Shown: one piece after another, positions 39,568 through 49,006 of the stretch
Layout of the letters: each line of letters starts with the position of its first letter
Position numbering within the stretch: the stretch's first letter is position 1
From: an uncultured delta proteobacterium
GTDB lineage: Bacteria; Desulfobacterota; Desulfobacteria; Desulfobacterales; JAHEIW01
Assembly (NCBI GenBank): GCA_963706575.1
Contig: CAVPNL010000006.1
Coordinates: 160,001 to 224,000, forward strand
DNA length: 64,000 nucleotides
Direction of reading: 5' to 3'
Made by a program: the position numbers and the translations under genes
The notes under the pieces: model-generated
Databases searched by the model: none
Seen by the model: only the letters and a program-made list of their open reading frames with translations
Told to the model about the DNA's origin: nothing

Positions 39568-39715
39568 TAGAAATGGTTTCAAAACCTCAGATCAGGTTCA
39601 AGGGCAAGGCGTCAGGCCGTACGGGAAAGCGCAGCATACATGGGTATGTGAGCATTTACCGGAGGCCTGCAACGCAGCCATTGGGCCTTAGATGGGGTTT
39701 TTGAAACCATTTCTA
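39568..39715. mobile_element. MITE-like/structured element, family A copy 2 (in dsrT leader)
   Basis: Perfect 17-bp TIR TAGAAATGGTTTCAAAA/TTTTGAAACCATTTCTA; reverse complement nearly identical to 55588-55727. Confidence 0.82.
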
Positions 39716-39737
39716 TGCCAGGCCCCCGGGAGCATTT

Positions 39738-40286
39738 ATGGGACACCGTTTGAAGGGACTTATCGAAGAGAACAAAAGCGAAATCATCAAAAACTGGTTT
39801 GAAGCCACCATTCAAACCTATGCGTCCGACACGGCTCAATTTTACAAAGGCCAGAAAGATCAATTCGCCAATCCGGTCGGCAACATCACCGCCAAAGGGG
39901 TCGAATTTTTGCTGGACCAGCTTCTCAACGATTTCGAACCGGATGCCGTCAAAACCTATTTGGACCCCATCATCCGCATCCGTGCCGTACAGGATTTTAC
40001 CCCCTCCCAGGCCACTGCCTTTATTCTCCTGTTAAAAAAGGTCCTCAGGGACCGTTTTTCGAAAAAACTCCAGGATGCCGCCATGGTAACGGAATTATTG
40101 GCGTTTGAATCCAAAATTGATCAATTGTGCCTGATGGCCTTTGATATTTATATGGCCTGTAAAGAAAAAGTTTATCAGATTTCAGCCAACGATATGCGCA
40201 GCCAAGCCTTGAAGGCGTTTAAGCGGGCGGGCTTAATTGCAGATGAGTCGCCGCAGCCAGGTAAAGTTAAAGGCCTTAACCATTAA
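39738..40286 (+). CDS. dsrT: DsrT (RsbRD N-terminal domain protein)
   Basis: KDQFANPVG, LDPIIRIRAVQDFTPSQA, AFDIYMACKEK; directly upstream of dsrM. Confidence 0.9.
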   Translation: MGHRLKGLIEENKSEIIKNWFEATIQTYASDTAQFYKGQKDQFANPVGNITAKGVEFLLDQLLNDFEPDAVKTYLDPIIRIRAVQDFTPSQATAFILLLKKVLRDRFSKKLQDAAMVTELLAFESKIDQLCLMAFDIYMACKEKVYQISANDMRSQALKAFKRAGLIADESPQPGKVKGLNH

Positions 40287-40356
40287 TTTTTAGGACAGGG
40301 GTTTCCGCCAGACGGGAAAGTCGGTTGTGCGGAGCCTCAGAGTGAGGTGCTTTTCA

Positions 40357-41448
40357 ATGAATCTCAGGTACATCATTCCACTGATTGCCGTAATTGTTCT
40401 ATTTTTACTTTCTTTCCTGGGGGCACAGGTATCGGGACTCCAATATGTGTTCGGCGTCGTCATTCCCTATCTGGCGATTATTACCTTTGTGCTGGGATTT
40501 GCTGCCCGCATAATCGGCTGGTCGCGATCAACGGTGCCTTTCAGCATCCCCACCACCGGTGGTCAGCAGAAGACACTGCCCTGGATCAAGCACGCCCAAT
40601 TTGATTCTCCGGTTTCCAAATGGCAGATTGTGGTGCGGTTGGCGCTGGAAATCCTGACCTTTCGATCGCTGTTTCGCAATACCCGCATGAAATTAAAAGA
40701 AGGCGGACGGATCTCCTACCAGCTTGAGCTTTTTTTGTGGGTCGGGGCCCTGGCCTTTCACTATGCTTTTCTGGTGGTACTGATCCGCCATCTGCGGCTT
40801 TTCATCGAGCCGGTGCCGTTTTGGGTTCAGCTGATCGAAAATGTCGACAGTTTCTTCCGGATCGAGATTATTTATCCGGCCTTTAAATTCGGGCTGCCGG
40901 GTGTTTTTATGTCCGGCATTGTGCTGCTGGCCGCTGTCAGCTTTCTGTTTTTAAGGCGGCTTTTCGTGCCTCAGGTCAAATATATTTCGATCGCATCCGA
41001 CTATTTCCCGCTGTTTCTGATTTTTGGAATCGCTTTCAGCGGCATTTTCATGCGTTATGTGACCAAGGTGGATGTGACCGCCATTAAATCGCTGACCATG
41101 GGCCTGATCACCTTCCGGCCCACCATTCCGGACGGGGTCAGCGCCGTATTTTTCGTGCACATCTTTTTTGTCAGCATCCTGCTGGCCTATTTTCCGTTCA
41201 GCAAACTCATGCATTTAGGCGGTGTTTTCTTGAGCCCGACGCGCAACATGCCCACCGACACCCGTGCCCGCAGGCACATTAATCCCTGGAATTATCCGGT
41301 ACCGGTTCATACCTATGATGAGTATGAAGATGAGTTCCGTGAAAAAATGGTCGAAGTCGGGCTGCCGGTTGAAAAAATGCCGGAATCCGCTACCGCAGAA
41401 GAGCCGGCCTCAGATTCAGAGCCAGAGCAAGAAGAGGAAAAGGAGTAA
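40357..41448 (+). CDS. dsrM: DsrM, cytochrome b subunit
   Basis: PFSIPTTGGQQK, FRSLFRNT, FHYAF..RHLR, YFPFSKLMH, SPTRN. Confidence 0.95.
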   Translation: MNLRYIIPLIAVIVLFLLSFLGAQVSGLQYVFGVVIPYLAIITFVLGFAARIIGWSRSTVPFSIPTTGGQQKTLPWIKHAQFDSPVSKWQIVVRLALEILTFRSLFRNTRMKLKEGGRISYQLELFLWVGALAFHYAFLVVLIRHLRLFIEPVPFWVQLIENVDSFFRIEIIYPAFKFGLPGVFMSGIVLLAAVSFLFLRRLFVPQVKYISIASDYFPLFLIFGIAFSGIFMRYVTKVDVTAIKSLTMGLITFRPTIPDGVSAVFFVHIFFVSILLAYFPFSKLMHLGGVFLSPTRNMPTDTRARRHINPWNYPVPVHTYDEYEDEFREKMVEVGLPVEKMPESATAEEPASDSEPEQEEEKE

Positions 41449-41451
41449 ACT

Positions 41452-43125
41452 ATGGCAGACGAAACACCCAAACCGGAAGAACTCATACAGATTGATCACC
41501 GCCCGCCCAAGACGGATTGGATGGACGTTCCGGTTAATATTCGGAAGGGCATGTACTGTTATGCCTCAAATCCCAAAAGCGTCGAATACGTCGGACTCCC
41601 CAATGCCAGGCCGTGGAATCCCCTGGAAGAGGACTGGAAATTACCGGAAAACTGGCAGGAGATCATTCATAAAGGCTTTAAGGAGCGATTGGGAAAATTT
41701 CGATCCTTTAAAGTCTTCATGGACATTTGCGTGCGCTGCGGGGCCTGCGCCGACAAGTGCCATTATTTTATCGGAACCGGTGATCCCAAAAACATGCCGG
41801 TGCTGCGAGCTGAGCTGCTGCGATCGGTTTACCGCAACGATTTTACGCGCATGGGCAAAATTTTAGGAAAGGTGAACGGCGCCCGGCCCATGACCATCGA
41901 TGTGCTCAAAGAGTGGTGGTACTACCTGTTTCAATGCTCCGAATGCCGGCGCTGTTCGGTGTTTTGCCCTTACGGCATCGATACGGCCGAAATTACCATC
42001 ATGGGCCGGGAATTGTTGAACCTGCTGGGTCTCAATATTGACTGGATTGCCACTCCGGTGGCCAACTGTTACCGCACCGGTAACCATCTGGGCATCCAGC
42101 CCCACGCCTTCAAAGATATGCTCGACTTTTTTGTGGAAGATATCGAAGAGATCACCGATGTCCAGGTCGATTACAGCATTAACAAAAAGGGCGCAGACAT
42201 TCTTTTTATTACCCCCTCGGGTGATGTGTTTGCCGATCCGGGAACCTACACCGCCATGGGGTATCTGATGCTGTTTCATTATTTAAAAGAGAAATACGGA
42301 TTAGACATCACCTGGAGCACCTATGGTTCCGAGGGCGGGAACTTTGGATTTTTTACCTCCCATGAAACCATGAAACGGCTTAACTCCAAAATGTATGCCG
42401 AAGCCAAGCGCCTGGGTGTAAAATGGATCCTGGGGGGAGAATGCGGCCATATGTGGCGGGTGATCAATCAGTACATGGACACCATGAACGGTCCGGCTGA
42501 TTTTCTGGAAGTGCCGGTGTCGCCGATTACCGGAACCCGCTTTGAAAACGCCAGATCAAACAAGATGGTGCACATTGCCGAATTTACCGCCGATTTAATC
42601 AAGCACGGCAAGCTCGAGCTGGATCCCAGCCGCAACGACCACTTAAAAGTGACCTTTCATGATTCCTGTAATCCGGCGCGGGGTATGGGCATTTTTGAAG
42701 AACCTCGTTATGTCATCAATAACGTCTGCAACAATTTTTATGAAATGCCGGTCAATACCATCCGCGAAAATACGTTCTGCTGCGGCAGCGGAGCGGGTCT
42801 CAATGCCGGTGAAGACATGGAACTGCGCATGACCGGCGGCCTGCCGCGGGCCAATGCGGTTAAACACGTTCACGAAAAACACGGCGTCAACATGCTGGCC
42901 TGTATCTGCGCCATCGACCGGGCCGCCCTGCCGCCACTGATGGAATACTGGGTGCCGGAAGTGGATGTTACCGGCCTGCATGAACTGGTGGCCAACGTTC
43001 TAATCATGCCCGGCGAGAATGAGCGGTCCACCGACCTGCGGGGCGAAGACATTCCGGGCCGTGAAGTCGTCGAAGAAGCTGAAGAAGAAACAGAGGGTGA
43101 GTCGGAGGAACAAACGGATGAATAA
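41452..43125 (+). CDS. dsrK: DsrK, HdrD-like Fe-S/CCG subunit
   Basis: CVRCGACADKC, CSECRRCSVFCPYGID, GECGH, HDSCN, CCGSG. Confidence 0.97.
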   Translation: MADETPKPEELIQIDHRPPKTDWMDVPVNIRKGMYCYASNPKSVEYVGLPNARPWNPLEEDWKLPENWQEIIHKGFKERLGKFRSFKVFMDICVRCGACADKCHYFIGTGDPKNMPVLRAELLRSVYRNDFTRMGKILGKVNGARPMTIDVLKEWWYYLFQCSECRRCSVFCPYGIDTAEITIMGRELLNLLGLNIDWIATPVANCYRTGNHLGIQPHAFKDMLDFFVEDIEEITDVQVDYSINKKGADILFITPSGDVFADPGTYTAMGYLMLFHYLKEKYGLDITWSTYGSEGGNFGFFTSHETMKRLNSKMYAEAKRLGVKWILGGECGHMWRVINQYMDTMNGPADFLEVPVSPITGTRFENARSNKMVHIAEFTADLIKHGKLELDPSRNDHLKVTFHDSCNPARGMGIFEEPRYVINNVCNNFYEMPVNTIRENTFCCGSGAGLNAGEDMELRMTGGLPRANAVKHVHEKHGVNMLACICAIDRAALPPLMEYWVPEVDVTGLHELVANVLIMPGENERSTDLRGEDIPGREVVEEAEEETEGESEEQTDE

Positions 43126-43507
43126 TAAAACGCTGATCATCACGGGATTGGTCATATTTTTGATCATTGTATTGTTTCCCTTCTGGTATATGCGGGGAAA
43201 AGCCGCGCCGATGCCGGAGCCGGTGCTGACGCCCAAGGCCAAAGCGGCCAAAGCGTGTGTGCGCTCCACGGATTATATGAAGGCCGAGCACATGCAGCTG
43301 CTGGATGTGTGGCGGGATGAAGTGGTGCGGCGCAGCAAACGGGTCTATGTCAATCCCCAGGGAAAAGAATTTAACATGAGTTTAAGCAATACCTGCCTGG
43401 ACTGTCATTCCAACAAAGCTGAATTTTGTGACCGCTGTCACAACTATGCTTCGGTCAGGCCCTATTGCTGGAGCTGTCATATCGAGAACCCGAAGGAGAA
43501 ATCATAA
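43118..43507 (+). CDS. dsrJ: DsrJ, triheme cytochrome c
   Basis: N-terminal TM, YMKAEHMQLL, CLDCH, CDRCH, CWSCH. Confidence 0.95.
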   Translation: MNNKTLIITGLVIFLIIVLFPFWYMRGKAAPMPEPVLTPKAKAAKACVRSTDYMKAEHMQLLDVWRDEVVRRSKRVYVNPQGKEFNMSLSNTCLDCHSNKAEFCDRCHNYASVRPYCWSCHIENPKEKS

Positions 43508-44295
43508 TGGATAGCAGCAGAAGACGCATATTACAATTGCTGGGGGTTTCTGCTTTGGCGCTAACCACCAAGCCGGTTTTGAATGCGTTCGCCAAGGAAG
43601 AGCAGGCTGCCGGGGCTGAGGCCGCTTTTAAAGCCGGCAAAAAAGCGCTGCAGGCCAGACAATGGGCCATGGTCATCGATACCCGCAAGTTTCATTCCGA
43701 AGCGGAACTGGAACCTCTGGTCGAGGCTTGCCACAAGATTCACAATGTTCCTGCTTTGCAAAACAAACGCCATGAAATTAAATGGCTCTGGAGCACCCAC
43801 TACCACAATGCTTTTCCGGGCAAGGCCGCGCGGTTTTTGGCCGAAAAGGTTGAGCACCGCCCCTTTCTGGTTTTGTGCAACCACTGCGAGAACCCGCCCT
43901 GCGTAAGGGCCTGCCCGACGAAAGCCACGTTCAAACGTGAAGCCGACGGCATTGTATTTATGGACTTCCACCGCTGCATCGGATGCCGTTTTTGCATGGC
44001 GGCCTGCCCGTTTGGCGCCCGAAGCTTCAACTACCGCGATCCGCGGCCGTTTATTGCCGAAACCAACAAAGAATTTCCGACCCGCATGAAAGGTGTGGTC
44101 GAAAAATGTAATTTTTGTGCCGAACGACTGGCGGTCGGTAAATTACCGGCCTGTGTGGAGGTTTCCGACGGCGCGCTGGCCTTTGGGGATCTGTACGATC
44201 CGGAGTCGGACGTTCGCAAACTGATTAAAACAAATTACACCATTCGTCGTAAACAGACCCTGGGAACCGAGCCCAGTGTTTACTACATCGTGTGA
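43507..44295 (+). CDS. dsrO: DsrO, Tat-exported ferredoxin-like subunit
   Basis: SSRRRIL Tat motif, CNHCENPPC, CIGCRFCMAAC, KCNFC. Confidence 0.95.
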   Translation: MDSSRRRILQLLGVSALALTTKPVLNAFAKEEQAAGAEAAFKAGKKALQARQWAMVIDTRKFHSEAELEPLVEACHKIHNVPALQNKRHEIKWLWSTHYHNAFPGKAARFLAEKVEHRPFLVLCNHCENPPCVRACPTKATFKREADGIVFMDFHRCIGCRFCMAACPFGARSFNYRDPRPFIAETNKEFPTRMKGVVEKCNFCAERLAVGKLPACVEVSDGALAFGDLYDPESDVRKLIKTNYTIRRKQTLGTEPSVYYIV

Positions 44296-44303
44296 GGTGA
44301 ATA

Positions 44304-45461
44304 ATGCTTGAATTAGCGATTAAAGGCGGCAAAAAATATTATGGCTGGATGACCTTTTTAATGGTCATTGTCGGAATCGGATTTCTCATCTATTTAAAAC
44401 AGCTCGATTTCGGGTTGGGGATTACCGGTTTGAGCCGGGATGTGTCCTGGGGATTTTACATTGCCAACTTTACCTTTCTGGTGGGTGTGGCCGCCGGTGG
44501 CGTCATGGTGGTGCTGCCCTATTATCTGCATGATTATAAGGCCTTTGGCAAAGTTACCATCCTGGGCGAGTTTCTGGCCATCGCTTCGGTGGTCATGTGT
44601 GTGACCTTTATCCTTGTTGACCTGGGCCAGCCCATGCGGATTATTAATGTCTTTTTGTATCCGACGCCCAATTCGGTTCTGTTCTGGGACACCATCGTTT
44701 TAAACGGCTATCTGTTTTTAAATATCATCATCGGCTGGAACGTGCTGGAGGCCGAACGCAACGGCGTTCATTACCAAAAATGGTTAAAACCGTTGATCTA
44801 CATTTCGATTCCCTGGGCCGTCAGCATTCACACCGTGACCGCCTACCTTTACTGCGGCCTGCCGGGCAGAGGCTTCTGGATGACCGCCATCCTGGCGCCG
44901 CGCTTTTTGTCTTCCGCATTTGCCGCCGGACCGGCCCTGCTGATTTTATGCTGCCTGATTATTCGGCGGGTGAGCAACTTTGATCCCGGCCGGGAGCAGA
45001 TTCAATCTCTGGCCAAAATCGTGGCCTACGCGATTTGCGTCAATGTGTTTTTCTTTCTGTGTGAAGTATTTGTGGCCTTTTACAGCAATATTCCCGAGCA
45101 CATGGATCACATCAAATACCTGTTTGTAGGGCTGCACGGCCACGGGGCCTATGTGCCCTGGATGTGGGCCTCCATGATTTTGATGCTGATCGGCATTATT
45201 CTGACCGTCAACCCCATCACCCGTAAAAACGAGGGCGTGCTGGCCGTGGCCTGTGTGGTGATCTTTTTAGGAACCTGGATCGATAAGGGACTTGGCATGA
45301 TTGCCGGCGGTTTTACCCCATCGCCGCTGCATGAGATCAATGAATACATTCCCTCGTTGCCGGAAATCGGGATTGCACTCGGGGTCTGGGCCATGGGATT
45401 TCTGGTAATGACCGCGCTGTTTAAGATTGCCGTTTCGGTAAAAGAAGAAGTCCGCGGCTAA
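44304..45461 (+). CDS. dsrP: DsrP, NrfD-like membrane subunit
   Basis: TGLSRDVSWGFYIANFTFLVGVAA, DLGQP, SIHTVTA, WIDKG. Confidence 0.95.
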   Translation: MLELAIKGGKKYYGWMTFLMVIVGIGFLIYLKQLDFGLGITGLSRDVSWGFYIANFTFLVGVAAGGVMVVLPYYLHDYKAFGKVTILGEFLAIASVVMCVTFILVDLGQPMRIINVFLYPTPNSVLFWDTIVLNGYLFLNIIIGWNVLEAERNGVHYQKWLKPLIYISIPWAVSIHTVTAYLYCGLPGRGFWMTAILAPRFLSSAFAAGPALLILCCLIIRRVSNFDPGREQIQSLAKIVAYAICVNVFFFLCEVFVAFYSNIPEHMDHIKYLFVGLHGHGAYVPWMWASMILMLIGIILTVNPITRKNEGVLAVACVVIFLGTWIDKGLGMIAGGFTPSPLHEINEYIPSLPEIGIALGVWAMGFLVMTALFKIAVSVKEEVRG

Positions 45462-45499
45462 GCGTAACGCCGCCGCATTTTTAAAGCGAATTATAGATC

Positions 45500-45524
45500 A
45501 GGGGGTTTTCATTGAAGACCCCCT
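45500..45524 (+). terminator. Intrinsic terminator after dsrP
   Basis: AGGGGGTTTTC-att-GAAGACCCCCT followed by CTTT. Confidence 0.65.
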
Positions 45525-45701
45525 CTTTAATTGGCCAAACATCATTCGAAATTATTGTTTTCCGGCTTTTGCCAATTCGCTTTTAACGATACGTTATTAA
45601 CGAACCGTAAATACTGTAGTACAGGGACACCAAAACGACAGAAGAACTGTGATATTGACCGCATCCCTCTGCCAGGATACCCAGGGGCTGCTGCCAGAAT
45701 T

Positions 45702-46799
45702 TCAAGATAGGCTTTCAACCCATTTCTTAAGCATCGCATCTTGAAATTGAAAAGTACCATTTTTGGCAAGTATTTCTTTTTCAACGAGTGACATTATCGC
45801 TCTTTGAAGGACGGATCCCGAATTAAAGCCGACACGTTGAAGCTGTTCCGCGGCATAGATGCCTTCACCCCCTGTTTCAGCCAGAAGTCGCAAAGCTTTT
45901 TTTTGATTCTGAGTTAGCAGGTCCCAGAGAATTATAAATTGGGCTTTTTGGCTGCTGATGATCGATTTTTCGATTGGATCAAGAACAGCCAAGTCGACAG
46001 CGTCGGAGCGCCACAGGTCAAATAAAAACTGCTGAATATAGATAGGTTGATAATCACATCTTTCAACAATGTCGATGATAATTTCTTTATCAATTTTTAC
46101 ACGTTTCTTTCTGAAAAGCTGTTGCGCCCAATCGATATAATGCTGCAATTCGATATTCTTGAGCGGATAGCTACGGGTCATCTTGTAAAACGCCCGTTTG
46201 GCCGAATCAAACATCTCGATCAGTATATGTTTTTGGCTGCCTGAAAAGATGTAACTGATGTCTCGATGTCCCTGAATAATTTTGCGAAGGCGCTTTTCAA
46301 AACCTTCTTCTGAATATTTTGCCACCTCCTGAAATTCATCGAAAACGACCAACAGTTTCTGTTTCTTGGAATAAGAAACCAAAATGGCGAGCGCCTTTTC
46401 CAGGTATTCCGGCTTCTCTCTTGGATTGATCGATACCGAAAGGGTTGGTAAGTTGGTCACAGGGTCAATGCTTCCAGTTACCTTTAGCCCGGCCATTTGT
46501 TTTAAGACCCGTTCAATTTTGGATTCTATCTGCATAACCCCTGTTAGGACGGCGTCTATAAAATCATTTTCGTCCAGGCTACCATAAAGATCGATATAAA
46601 CCGATTTAACGGTTGGTTTTGCTTTTTTAAGCGTTCGTATCACCTGGTGTACCAGAGAAGTTTTCCCCATGCGTCGATGGGAATACAGCAGGACGTTTTG
46701 CGAATTTTGAGCAAAATAAATTAGGTCTTTTTGCTCTTTTTCTCTGTCACAGAATGCTTCACCGATGACGTAGTCTGAATACGAGAAAGGGTTTTCCAT
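45702..46799 (-). CDS. AAA ATPase, archaeal-type ATPase_2 family with probable C-terminal winged helix
   Basis: NPF..FCDREKE, SHRRMGKT Walker A, VVFDEFQ Walker B, IFSGS, PIYIQ. Confidence 0.88.
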   Translation of the reverse strand: MENPFSYSDYVIGEAFCDREKEQKDLIYFAQNSQNVLLYSHRRMGKTSLVHQVIRTLKKAKPTVKSVYIDLYGSLDENDFIDAVLTGVMQIESKIERVLKQMAGLKVTGSIDPVTNLPTLSVSINPREKPEYLEKALAILVSYSKKQKLLVVFDEFQEVAKYSEEGFEKRLRKIIQGHRDISYIFSGSQKHILIEMFDSAKRAFYKMTRSYPLKNIELQHYIDWAQQLFRKKRVKIDKEIIIDIVERCDYQPIYIQQFLFDLWRSDAVDLAVLDPIEKSIISSQKAQFIILWDLLTQNQKKALRLLAETGGEGIYAAEQLQRVGFNSGSVLQRAIMSLVEKEILAKNGTFQFQDAMLKKWVESLS

Positions 46800-46920
46800 A
46801 AAAACCAACCTTTAATTACACATTAAGTGAATACGCAATATGTGTATATACATTATGCGTAATTAAGGATATATTCTATTGAATGTATTGTAAAGAGTTA
46901 TTTAAACAATAATTTAGATC

Positions 46921-47535
46921 ATGGGCGTATCGATACATTATCGCGGCCGGGTGGCGGCAATTCAAAATATTAAACACATTTATGATGAGCTGGCCGCAAT
47001 TGCAGACAGAATGAACTGGCCATGCACCCGTCTGGATGAGGACTGGTCTCAAGCGGCTAATGCAACCATTGAAGTTACGGAGCAGAGTTCACAGATCACC
47101 GGGTATCTGCCGCTAAAGGGTATCGCTCTGACGCCTCATCCCCAATGTGAAACATTGCAATTTTTTTTTGATGCTAACGGCCACCTGCGTGATCCTATAA
47201 GCCTGGTGGATAGAAGAGAAGAAGCCCTGAAGCCAGAAGATTACTGGATTTCCGTTAAGACGCAATACGCCGGTCCCGAAACTCACATCTGGATCATCGG
47301 ACTATTAAAATATTTAAAAAAACATCACCTGCCCGATTTAGCGGTTCAAGACGAGGGACAGTACTGGGAAACCGGAAATTTTGAGATTCTTAAAGAGAAA
47401 ATGGATTTCGTTGGCGAAAAGATCGCAGCTGTCAGCGCAGCGCTATCCCGCGTCACCAAAGGCCACATTGAAAGCTATTCGGCCGATGAGCTTGCTTGCA
47501 TAATTGAAGCACTGATTCAGGATCGGTTTGGCTAA
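46921..47535 (+). CDS. Hypothetical protein
   Basis: 204-aa ORF with motif-like segments MGVSIHYRG, PHPQCE, VKTQYAG..H, V.DEG.YWET. Confidence 0.75.
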   Translation: MGVSIHYRGRVAAIQNIKHIYDELAAIADRMNWPCTRLDEDWSQAANATIEVTEQSSQITGYLPLKGIALTPHPQCETLQFFFDANGHLRDPISLVDRREEALKPEDYWISVKTQYAGPETHIWIIGLLKYLKKHHLPDLAVQDEGQYWETGNFEILKEKMDFVGEKIAAVSAALSRVTKGHIESYSADELACIIEALIQDRFG

Positions 47536-47539
47536 ATTT

Positions 47540-48028
47540 ATGAGCTTGACATATCGTCTAAAAATTATCGGTTTTGGCTTTATCATCTTCGTTCTCGGAT
47601 GCGCAAATTCGCAGAATTTGCCCGCGCCCGGAAAGATTGGAGAAAAAGAACGCGTCAGGGTAATTACCGGAAAACAGGCTGCTAAGGTGGTAGATAAAAT
47701 GCACGGGCGTTCCGTAGCCACCCATGCCAACGTTATTGCCGAATATGGCCGCGATCCAAAGGATCTTTTGTTTATTTCCAGGTACGGCGATCAAACCCAG
47801 GCGCAGAAAGCGTTTGATCTAATGATTGAAAAAATGGCCGCAGCGAAAAAGGGCCCCTTCTTCCATCTAATGTCGCTGGGTCAATACGACAACAAAGTAT
47901 ATATGACCCTGGGAATGGGGGCGATGCATTATATCTATGTTTCCGGTAATTGCCTGCTGTGGCTGCAAACATATCAGTCTTTTACAGACAAACTGCCCGG
48001 CGGTCTTCTGGAACTCTATCCGATTTGA
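47540..48028 (+). CDS. Hypothetical lipoprotein
   Basis: Hydrophobic leader with lipobox VLGC. Confidence 0.7.
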   Translation: MSLTYRLKIIGFGFIIFVLGCANSQNLPAPGKIGEKERVRVITGKQAAKVVDKMHGRSVATHANVIAEYGRDPKDLLFISRYGDQTQAQKAFDLMIEKMAAAKKGPFFHLMSLGQYDNKVYMTLGMGAMHYIYVSGNCLLWLQTYQSFTDKLPGGLLELYPI

Positions 48029-48042
48029 GCAAGGATGATTCG

Positions 48043-48699
48043 TTATCTTGCCATTTTGGGATTTTTTCTGATTCTCATTTCTATGTCTTTTATTAAATTT
48101 TCACTGCAAATGTAACCAACCTTCGGATGGGTTCCTTTAGCAGCCAATAACGGCACTGATTCGCCAATTTTTTTATGAATCAAACTGTTGGGATCATCGC
48201 GGTCCCCGAAAATCATGGCTTTTGAGGGGCATCCGCTAACGCAAACAGGCGCTTGTCCGGCTTCTATACGATGGACACAGAGCGTGCAGGTGCCGGCTTT
48301 GCCCGGCGGGTGTTGACGGTGGGGTTCCTTTCCTTTTTCGAAGGGCAGCTTCTGGTCTGCAAAATAATCCGCATCCGGATTGATATCGATGGCCCCATAC
48401 GGACAGGCGGAGACACAATCATGACACCCATCACAGGTTTCGTGGTCGATAAGAACAATGCCATCCGGACGCTGGTAGATGGCATCGTTCGGACAGGCGC
48501 CTAAACATGGCGGGTTCTCACAATGCATACAGGCATAGCGCAGATAGGTGATCTCGTCGAGAGTTTCACTTTCCAATTCCAAAATCTTGTTCCACCAGAC
48601 CATCGGTCGGGTCAGATTCTCCTGCTTGCAGGCAATAACACATGTCATGCATCCCGTGCAGCGGTCCAGGTCAACGATAATTCCGTATTTCGCCATCAC
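48043..48699 (-). CDS. 4Fe-4S dicluster subunit (DmsB/NrfC-like)
   Basis: CTGCMTCVIAC, CMHCENPPC, CDGCHDCVSAC, CTLC..PVCVSGC. Confidence 0.93.
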   Translation of the reverse strand: MMAKYGIIVDLDRCTGCMTCVIACKQENLTRPMVWWNKILELESETLDEITYLRYACMHCENPPCLGACPNDAIYQRPDGIVLIDHETCDGCHDCVSACPYGAIDINPDADYFADQKLPFEKGKEPHRQHPPGKAGTCTLCVHRIEAGQAPVCVSGCPSKAMIFGDRDDPNSLIHKKIGESVPLLAAKGTHPKVGYICSENLIKDIEMRIRKNPKMAR

Positions 48700-48714
48700 T
48701 TACATTCCTTATTT

Positions 48715-48996
48715 ACTAGAAGCTATCCTAAAATTACATTTAACACCCGATGGTACAGTTTTAAACCTGTAAAAAGTGCTTACAACAGCAAGTGCGCTAA
48801 AGTGACAAGTGACCTAAAGTGACTAAAGTTAAGGAATTCTGTCAATTTTATTAAAAGATGGAGCGTAAGCGACGCCATAACTTTAGTCACTTTAGCTCAT
48901 TTTAGGCATTTTAGGCACTTCTAACTTTAGAACACCTTTTGAACTTTTTTCCGCTGTCTCCCGAGATGAACTGCTAATTTTGAGATAGCTTATAGT
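48715..48996. mobile_element. ~280-bp element with imperfect 22-bp TIRs, containing a nested AAAGTGAC element
   Basis: ACTAGAAGCTATCCTAAAATTA versus reverse complement of right end ACTATAAGCTATCTCAAAATTA. Confidence 0.6.
48790..48930. repeat. AAAGTGAC(C)T palindromic element, copy 2
   Basis: Near-identical to 9782-9919. Confidence 0.85.
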
Positions 48997-49006
48997 GAAG
49001 TGGTTT

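Noticed and set aside
39400..39737. Rex operator upstream of the dsr operon
   Set aside because: No TTGTGAA-N4-TTCACAA-like dyad found by eye
39612..39863. Small ORFs sharing KTPSKAQWLRCRPPVNAHIPMYA (also 55495..55692)
   Set aside because: Translation of the repeated family A element; the third copy does not preserve the frame
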